The notes under the pieces were generated by a model, which had not been told where the DNA came from, did not search any database, and saw only the letters and a list, made by a program, of their open reading frames with translations. The translations under genes were made by a program, and so were the position numbers. Shown piece after piece: positions 57,871 through 64,000 of a stretch of DNA of 64,000 bases. The stretch's first letter is position 1; every line of letters begins with the position of its first letter. Source of the DNA: Bacillota bacterium (GTDB lineage: Bacteria; Bacillota; Sulfobacillia; DUSP01; DYEP01); contig JBFMAL010000003.1 in assembly GCA_040755615.1 (NCBI GenBank), forward strand, positions 8,507 to 72,506, read 5' to 3'.

Positions 57871-58260
57871 ATGAAAGAACCAATCTGGCTGACACGTGAC
57901 ATCATTGAAACAATCCATCTCGACCTGATTAGGGTGCATGGGGGGCATCTTGGTTATCGCGATGAAAACCTGGTTGAAGCCGCGCTTGCCGGACCGCTTC
58001 ACCGGTGGGACTACGATCCTGACTCAGATCTGCCTACGTTAGCTGCCGCCTATGGCTTTGCTTTTGCCAAAAACCACGGGTTCACAGATGGCAATAAGAG
58101 GGTAGCCTTTATGGCCATGTATGTTTTTCTGGGTTTGAACGGTTATGAGATTACGGCCCCGGAACCGGAAGTAGTTAATATCATTCAGCAGCTGAGCAGC
58201 GGTCATTTAACGGAAAGAGACCTGGCTGATTGGTTGCGCACTTCGATCATCGCGTTGTGA
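57871..58260 (+). CDS. doc: Doc (death-on-curing) Fic-family toxin
   Basis: Fic motif HGFTDGNKR (HxFx[D/N]GNKR); 129 aa. Confidence 0.85.
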   Translation: MKEPIWLTRDIIETIHLDLIRVHGGHLGYRDENLVEAALAGPLHRWDYDPDSDLPTLAAAYGFAFAKNHGFTDGNKRVAFMAMYVFLGLNGYEITAPEPEVVNIIQQLSSGHLTERDLADWLRTSIIAL

Positions 58261-58368
58261 GTTTCATCTTCCTTAAGAGATATCTTCTTCGCGTATATCA
58301 ATTTTGGACGAACCAAATCACCCGTTTCTAAAATCTACTTTATGTTTTTTGTCGAAGAGCGTAGCTTC

Positions 58369-59145
58369 TTAGGATGATGACAAACCTGCATAGCGGTAGA
58401 AGGCGTCCACGACCTCCAGTAAATCAGGGGTTAAGATCCGGCGCACTCTTCCCACGATAAAGGGAGGTACCCCTCCGTAAAACGCTTCAGCGATGCCGCC
58501 GGTGATGCACGCGATGGTGTCGCTGTCCCCGCCGATAGAGACGGCTTTGCGGATAGCATCCTCATAGTCCGAGGATTCCAGGAAGGCGATCACGGCCTCG
58601 GGGACCGAGCCCTGGCACGTTCCGTCAAAGCTGTAGCGAGGGCGGATCCGGGCCAGGGTCTGTTCCAGGTTGTAGCCGAATTGAGCGGCCAGGTACTCCC
58701 TTATTTCCTCCTTGCTCTTACCCCGGCGTGCCAGGAATACCGCCGCAGCCACGGCCTGGGCCCCCTTGATCCCTTCAGGGTGGTTATGGGTGACCGCCGC
58801 GCTGCGCCTGGCCTCTCTTAGAACATCTTCCAGGGTGTTAAAGTAAAACCCCACCGGGCTGACCCGCATGGCCGAACCGTTTCCGAAACTGTTATAGGGC
58901 TGCAGGCTGTCGGAGAGCAGCCACCTCAGGAATCTACCCCCGTAGCCCCTGTTCGGGTACCGCCGGCCGTACTCCTTCAGGGTCAGGGCGTAATCCTTCC
59001 CATGGAGGACGCAGTCGGCCACCGCCACCGTCAGCACGGTGTCGTCGGTAAAAGTGGAGCCCGGGTTGAAAAGGGCAAAATCAGTTTTCACATTGTTGGA
59101 CTCAAAAACCGACCCAATGATGTCTCCGGCGATAGCCCCGATCAT
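58369..59145 (-). CDS. ADP-ribosylglycohydrolase family protein (DraG-like)
   Basis: …GAIAGDIIGS…, …FTDDT… and …GGDSDT… metal-binding motifs. ATG 59145 behind AAGGAGGGGAG. Confidence 0.75.
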   Translation of the reverse strand: MIGAIAGDIIGSVFESNNVKTDFALFNPGSTFTDDTVLTVAVADCVLHGKDYALTLKEYGRRYPNRGYGGRFLRWLLSDSLQPYNSFGNGSAMRVSPVGFYFNTLEDVLREARRSAAVTHNHPEGIKGAQAVAAAVFLARRGKSKEEIREYLAAQFGYNLEQTLARIRPRYSFDGTCQGSVPEAVIAFLESSDYEDAIRKAVSIGGDSDTIACITGGIAEAFYGGVPPFIVGRVRRILTPDLLEVVDAFYRYAGLSSS

Positions 59146-59594
59146 AAGACTCCCCTCCTTGGGTATCGTTCTATTAACCGGGTCCAAGCAGCATTGCTCT
59201 TTTTTCCTCCGAGCCGTTTACCGGTCAGTTCTTGGATACTATCGCAGAACCTGCCAAGTTTTCGGGTAGGCATTAAAGCCCAAAAAGCAAGAGGAGTATC
59301 ATTTGTAACAATCTCACCGCGAGGGGACGCACCCTCATTCCACGCAGGTCAGGGCCGCACTGAATTCAAAGCATATTTATCTCCTATAAGAAGAAAAACA
59401 GCACTCTTTCTTCAAGATTACCGTTCCTCTGGGCATGGGGCAAACTTGTTCCCCCCTGCCGAGACTCTTCGGCACCCGTGTATCTGAAAGGTAAGAACCT
59501 TCCGGAAATGGCCATATGGAGGAATTCAGGTTCATCTTGGTGAATGAGTGTTTAACCTTAAAAAGCATACCGCAAAGGAGATAACCCGCCACCG

Positions 59595-60200
59595 ATGATT
59601 GATTTCCGCCAAGAGCTGGCCAAATTCAATTTTGCATCCGTTGATGCCGAGTTTGCCCAGTATCATAATGAGGCAGCACCGCTCATCGAGGCGCTGACCG
59701 CTGTGCTGAAGCGTGTAGGCCGGGAGCTGAACCAGGCCAACCTGCAAATCGAGGAAGCTCTGTCGCTGTTTGCGGAGGAAAAGGAGGCGGAGAGGCGCCT
59801 GGCAGAGCAGAGAAAAATGACCGCCGTTCAGGAAGAAGAGAAACTCTCGCTAATCGAGGCTCTACTGGCTGCCCTGGACCGTCTCGAAGACATCTACCGC
59901 TGTGCCGTGCAAAACGAGTGTGGCAGTTGGTCCGAGCAGATAAAGCTGCTCTGGGACAATACTGCAACAGACCTGCTGGCGCGGGGCATTTTCCGTATCG
60001 AGAGCGAAGGCTCCTTTTTTGACGCGCGAATCCACGCCGCGGTGCAGACTGTGGAGGAGCGCGCCAAGCCGAACGGGACGATCCTCGAGGTGTTACGGTG
60101 CGGGTATATGTACCAGTCGCGCCTACTTCGCAAAGCCCAGGTTGTAGTCAATAAAGTAGATGGAGGTTCTACCAGTAATGAGCAGCATCGTGGGGATTGA
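59595..60200 (+). CDS. grpE: GrpE-like nucleotide-exchange factor (divergent)
   Basis: Long coiled-coil N-terminus and C-terminal beta-domain …GTILEVLRCGYMYQSRLLRKAQVVVNK (compare GrpE …VVEVLQKGY.L.GRVLRPAMVKVAK). Confidence 0.6.
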   Translation: MIDFRQELAKFNFASVDAEFAQYHNEAAPLIEALTAVLKRVGRELNQANLQIEEALSLFAEEKEAERRLAEQRKMTAVQEEEKLSLIEALLAALDRLEDIYRCAVQNECGSWSEQIKLLWDNTATDLLARGIFRIESEGSFFDARIHAAVQTVEERAKPNGTILEVLRCGYMYQSRLLRKAQVVVNKVDGGSTSNEQHRGD

Positions 60201-61893
60201 TCTTGGCACATCCACCTCAGAAATTGCCGTTTTGCGGGACGGAAAGCCGCTGGTCATCCCCAACCACCTGGGGGAATTCGTCACCCCCTCGGTGGTCGGC
60301 CTTTCCGATAACGGGGCCATTGTCGTCGGGAAAGAGGCCCGGGACCAGTTTCTTCTAAAACCCCACCATACGGTCATGGAAGTGAAAAGGCTGATGGGTA
60401 GCGGCGCCACAGTAACCATGGGCGGCAAAGAGTACACTCCGCAGCAGATATCGTCGTTCATTTTGGCCTATCTCATGGACTGCGCCCGCAAGTATCTGGG
60501 TGAAGATATTACCAGGGCGGTGATCACGGTACCCGCCTATTTCTCCGATACCCAGAGACGGGCCACCGTGGAAGCGGGCAAACTCGCCGGGATCACGGTG
60601 GAGCGCATCATCAACGAGCCCACCGCCGCCGCCTTAGATTACGGGATCGAACATATGCGGGAATGCCAGAACATCCTGGTCTATGACCTCGGCGGTGGCA
60701 CCCTCGATGTAACCGTCTTGGAAATGTTCGAAGGCGTTCTCGACGTCAAAGCAAGCAGCGGCAACAACCAACTTGGCGGAAAAGACTTCGACCAGCGGCT
60801 CATGGATTACCTGATGCGCCGCTTTGCCGAGCGGTACACCGCCGATCTTTCACGTGACCCGCGGGCATTGCTGCGCCTGAAAGAAGCAGCGGAGAAATGC
60901 AAGATGGCCTTGAGCGAGCAGGAGGAGTACCACCTGGTGATACCGCTGTTGACTAGCGTAGCGGGCAATCCGGTTTCTCTGGAGGAAACGGTGACCAGGG
61001 AGACTCTGGAAAGCCTGATCAAAGACCTAATCGACTCCACCGCCAAACAGATCCACACGGCGCTGCAAGACTCGCGCCTCAGCGCCGCGGATATCGACCT
61101 GGTCCTCCTGGTGGGCGGCTCCACCCGTATTCCCTATGTACGTCGCTTTATCGAAGAGACGCTGGGGCAGACCCCGCGCTGTCTGGTCGACCCCGACTTG
61201 GCAGTGGTCAGGGGCGCGGCGGTGCAAGGGGGCATTCTCGACGGCCGGCTGTCCGACCGTGGCATTGTGATCACCGATGTGTGCCCGTACACTCTCGGCA
61301 TCTCCGTGCTGGACTACGTCGGCGGTTTCCCCGTTGCCGACGCCTTTGACGTGATTATCCCGCGAAACGTGACCATCCCGGTGATCAAGGAAAAAACCTA
61401 CGGGACGGTGGTCGACAACCAAACCCAGGTGGAGATTAACGTCTACCAGGGCGAATACAGGAAGGCTTCCCTCAATAATTTTCTCGGTAAATTCATGTTG
61501 AAAGGGATCCCGCCGGCTCCAGCTTTTCAGGAGAAAATCGCCGTCTCTTTCGCCTATGACGTAAACGGCATCTTGCAGGTGGAAGGGAAGATAGTCAGCA
61601 CGGGCAAAAAGGCCAACCTGGTCATCGAGACAACAGGCGTGGATATGGTTAACGAGGTCGACCTGGAAGGATGGGAAAAGGCGCCTCACGCCCGGAAATA
61701 CAAGGCCATCATCAAGAGAGCCGAGCGGATGGTGAAAAACGACGAGGCACTGTTTTATGCGCTGGAGATGGAAAGCCTGGTTCGCAAAATCAAGGAAGGA
61801 TTGGTGCGGGGCGACACACCGGAAACCCTCGACCAGTACAAGGAAGAGCTTCACGAGATTATCTATACCCTGACGGAGACACAGGATGATTGA
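60178..61893 (+). CDS. Hsp70-family ATPase, short atypical (HscC-like) form
   Basis: IVGIDLGTSTS, DLGGGTLD, …IDLVLLVGGSTRIP…. Only 571 aa, with a truncated lid/C-terminus. Confidence 0.8.
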   Translation: MSSIVGIDLGTSTSEIAVLRDGKPLVIPNHLGEFVTPSVVGLSDNGAIVVGKEARDQFLLKPHHTVMEVKRLMGSGATVTMGGKEYTPQQISSFILAYLMDCARKYLGEDITRAVITVPAYFSDTQRRATVEAGKLAGITVERIINEPTAAALDYGIEHMRECQNILVYDLGGGTLDVTVLEMFEGVLDVKASSGNNQLGGKDFDQRLMDYLMRRFAERYTADLSRDPRALLRLKEAAEKCKMALSEQEEYHLVIPLLTSVAGNPVSLEETVTRETLESLIKDLIDSTAKQIHTALQDSRLSAADIDLVLLVGGSTRIPYVRRFIEETLGQTPRCLVDPDLAVVRGAAVQGGILDGRLSDRGIVITDVCPYTLGISVLDYVGGFPVADAFDVIIPRNVTIPVIKEKTYGTVVDNQTQVEINVYQGEYRKASLNNFLGKFMLKGIPPAPAFQEKIAVSFAYDVNGILQVEGKIVSTGKKANLVIETTGVDMVNEVDLEGWEKAPHARKYKAIIKRAERMVKNDEALFYALEMESLVRKIKEGLVRGDTPETLDQYKEELHEIIYTLTETQDD

Positions 61894-62464
61894 AAACCTG
61901 TCCCGATGGTATTACAACCAGGGACTGCTCCGGGCCCGATCAGACGAGATCAGCGTGGCGGTGCGCTACCTGGCCAAAGCGGTAAGTTATGACAGCACCA
62001 ACCTGGAGGCCTGGAACCTGGCCGGCCTGTGCTACTACCGGCTGGGCAGCTTTAAGACGGCCGAATTCTGCTGGGCCCGCAGCGTTTCCCTTTGCGGCGA
62101 GGGAAACCCGGCCACAGGCTACTTAAGCGACTTACGGAACGCCCTGGCGGAAAGCGCTCCCCATTTCTCCGCAGTGACCGTACTGTGCGAGCGCGGAGAG
62201 TACGCCCGTGCCGCCGCTGTTGTCGAAGCAGAGCTCTGCACCCGTCTTGGCGAATCGGCAGCCCTGCTCAATTATCTAGGGATCCTGTATGCCCTTGGCC
62301 GTAAGACAAGCGCCGCCCTCCGCTGTTGGACAAACGCCCTGTCCGTCGACAAAGACAATCCCGACACCGCACGCTACCTGGCCGCCATGCAGCGCCGCCT
62401 GAGCTACAAGCTGCTTAAACTGAAGGATAGACTACTGAACAGGAAAGTGGTAACCGACAAATGA
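61886..62464 (+). CDS. TPR-repeat protein
   Basis: Several 34-aa repeats with the W-LG-Y / A-F-A pattern (…[27 protein letters not shown]…). 8-nt overlap upstream and 4-nt overlap downstream. Confidence 0.6.
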   Translation: MIENLSRWYYNQGLLRARSDEISVAVRYLAKAVSYDSTNLEAWNLAGLCYYRLGSFKTAEFCWARSVSLCGEGNPATGYLSDLRNALAESAPHFSAVTVLCERGEYARAAAVVEAELCTRLGESAALLNYLGILYALGRKTSAALRCWTNALSVDKDNPDTARYLAAMQRRLSYKLLKLKDRLLNRKVVTDK

Positions 62465-63810
62465 AGGACTACTACGGCACGCTGAATATCCCCAAAAGCG
62501 CCACGGTTACGGATATCAAAAAGGCCTATTTCGGCCTTGTCCGGAAATACCCACCCGACCGGTACCCCGAGGCCTTTATGAGAATACGGGAGGCCTACGA
62601 GGTCCTGGTGGATGAAAACACCCGCAGGCAGTATGACGAGGTCGACTCCATGCCCGCCGACGTCAAACTTTACTTTGACGCGGGGCGCCAGGCCCTGGAC
62701 CGGGGAGACGCTGCGGAAGCGATCCGGCTTTTGGAATGGGTAGTCAAATCCCACCCGCACTTTTCGGTTGTCAACAGCCTGCTCGGTGAGGCTTATTTGA
62801 AAAACGAAAACAGTGGTAAAGCGATCCGCATCTTTGAGGAGCTGGTGGCACAACAGCCCAACCACGCCGGTTTCGCCCGGCAGCTTGCCCAGGCTTACGC
62901 CATGCGCGGCTGGCATAAGAAAGGCATTGAACAGTACCGCCGGGCGCTGTCCCTCGACGAAGACAACCTTTCCCTCTGGCTGGGGCTGATCGACTGTCAC
63001 CTCGCGGTGAAGGACTTTGCCCAGGCCGTTGAGACAGTCATGGAAGGGCTGGAGGTCAGCAACAGAAAAGGCTGGGACAATCTCGAGCTGTATTACCACA
63101 TGATTCAAATCGACATTTACTCCCAAGATCACTTGAACATGCGCAAGCATCTTGAAGAGATGAAGAACAGGGCCATGCAAAGTGATGTCGATCGAGGCAA
63201 TGTGGCCTGGTTTTTAGCATATCTCTCTCAAAGAATCCATAGCCTCGGCCTGTTCGAAGAGTCGGCGGCGACCATTGACGCCGCCTCGGCTCTGCTTCCT
63301 GATGATGAAGAAATCGCCGAGATCAAGAAGGAGATAGACGTCAAGACCGTAATCCTGGGAGAACTGAAAAAACTTGAAGCGGACCACTCCATCAACAGCC
63401 TTTTGGCGGAAATGCTCGACTTTGAGCTACACATGTGTGGAAACAAATTCTGCCTTGAGTGTCCCATCACGCAGTTTTTCTTCGAGGCGGAGATTGTTGC
63501 GGAGCTTGCGACTTTCCGCCGAGATATCGCGCGCCTGAAATCAGCATATCCCCAGCTCTATAACCTCAAGAAAGAGTTTTTTGATCTTGCTTTAAACCCC
63601 AAAAAAGAAGATTACTTATTTGAAACATGCTACAAGAAATACAAACGCTATAAGAAGCTGGCCCCCAAGATGTTTGAATCTGAGGACGACGAAGAGGAGG
63701 ACGAATTCTTCCCTCAACCGTACACCCGGCCCGGGCCGAAGGTGGGGCGCAACGACCCGTGCCCCTGCGGAAGCGGGAAGAAATACAAGAAGTGTTGCGG
63801 CAGGTCTTGA
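62461..63810 (+). CDS. J-domain protein with TPR repeats and a C-terminal SEC-C metal-binding motif
   Basis: J domain [35 protein letters not shown] (HPD replaced by PPD); central TPRs; C-terminal …[18 protein letters not shown]. Confidence 0.75.
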   Translation: MKDYYGTLNIPKSATVTDIKKAYFGLVRKYPPDRYPEAFMRIREAYEVLVDENTRRQYDEVDSMPADVKLYFDAGRQALDRGDAAEAIRLLEWVVKSHPHFSVVNSLLGEAYLKNENSGKAIRIFEELVAQQPNHAGFARQLAQAYAMRGWHKKGIEQYRRALSLDEDNLSLWLGLIDCHLAVKDFAQAVETVMEGLEVSNRKGWDNLELYYHMIQIDIYSQDHLNMRKHLEEMKNRAMQSDVDRGNVAWFLAYLSQRIHSLGLFEESAATIDAASALLPDDEEIAEIKKEIDVKTVILGELKKLEADHSINSLLAEMLDFELHMCGNKFCLECPITQFFFEAEIVAELATFRRDIARLKSAYPQLYNLKKEFFDLALNPKKEDYLFETCYKKYKRYKKLAPKMFESEDDEEEDEFFPQPYTRPGPKVGRNDPCPCGSGKKYKKCCGRS

Positions 63811-64000
63811 AGTATATCCGCCACGATATCTGCTGTGGATTAGTAGTTTAGCTTTCCCGCCGGGAAGTCCCCGTCCTGAATGCAGTGAAGGGCGGGGATG
63901 ATAGGCAGTTATTGTGCAAACATCTTTTGTGGTATAACATAGTAAAGCGTCTACCTGCAGGCAAGGGGTCGGAATACGAACAGCGTCTTGCAACCCCGTA

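Noticed and set aside
1-64000. CRISPR arrays, tRNA or rRNA genes
   Set aside because: No regularly spaced direct repeats with unique spacers were seen, and no tRNA-like (GTTCGAAT / TΨC-arm) or rRNA-like segments. The only repeat found is the SQR-gene duplication.

Overview
This 64 kb window is high-GC (about 60%) with Firmicutes-style GGAGG ribosome-binding sites and sporulation-associated genes. It is probably from an anaerobic, spore-forming Clostridia or Peptococcaceae-like organism; that is inference from sequence style only. Gene content in order: (1) a partial DUF3794 gene at the window edge. (2) A minus-strand operon with NifU, an AIR-synthase-related protein, a LutB-LutA fusion, LutC, a GlcF-like subunit and a GlcD-like subunit, i.e. 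lactate/glycolate oxidation. (3) A CN-hydrolase, a SAM methyltransferase, and a MarR-type HTH protein fused to a decayed arsenite methyltransferase (arsM) remnant. (4) A long minus-strand operon in which a Liv-type ABC transporter (livK-livH-livM ... livG-livF) is split by two complete xanthine-dehydrogenase-family molybdenum hydroxylase gene sets in the order L-M-S-M-S-L. It has a near-consensus sigma-54 promoter and lies divergent from a PAS/AAA+/Fis sigma-54 activator. (5) A plus-strand catabolic cluster: small protein, CoA-transferase A and B, SCP-x-type thiolase, HMG-CoA-synthase-like protein, DUF35 Zn-ribbon protein, 4Fe-4S ferredoxin, tungsten-type aldehyde:ferredoxin oxidoreductase, class-III aminotransferase, and a two-component sodium:solute symporter. 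(6) A roughly 4 kb decayed island holding a duplicated 3' fragment of an SQR-like gene, the intact SQR-like gene, and a frameshifted YefM/YoeB-like toxin-antitoxin remnant. (7) A D-TA/alanine-racemase-fold PLP enzyme, a PTS EIICBA component and a ChbG/YdjC deacetylase. (8) A lipoprotein beta-propeller, and a radical SAM/SPASM enzyme with three unknown membrane or small proteins. (9) Pseudogenes (PIG-L deacetylase, HAD hydrolase), mgtC with an AT-rich leader, and gdhA. (10) A KdpD-C-terminal-like kinase and KdpE-like regulator pair. (11) A cluster of IS remnants: an IS66 N-terminal fragment truncating an MBL-fold gene, and an IS1595-family pseudogene. (12) A Doc toxin with a truncated RHH antitoxin stub, and an ADP-ribosylglycohydrolase. 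(13) An atypical chaperone module: GrpE, a short Hsp70, a TPR protein, and a J-domain/TPR/SEC-C protein. No rRNA, tRNA or CRISPR array was seen. Product calls rest on motifs I recognise in the translations; no database search was possible.
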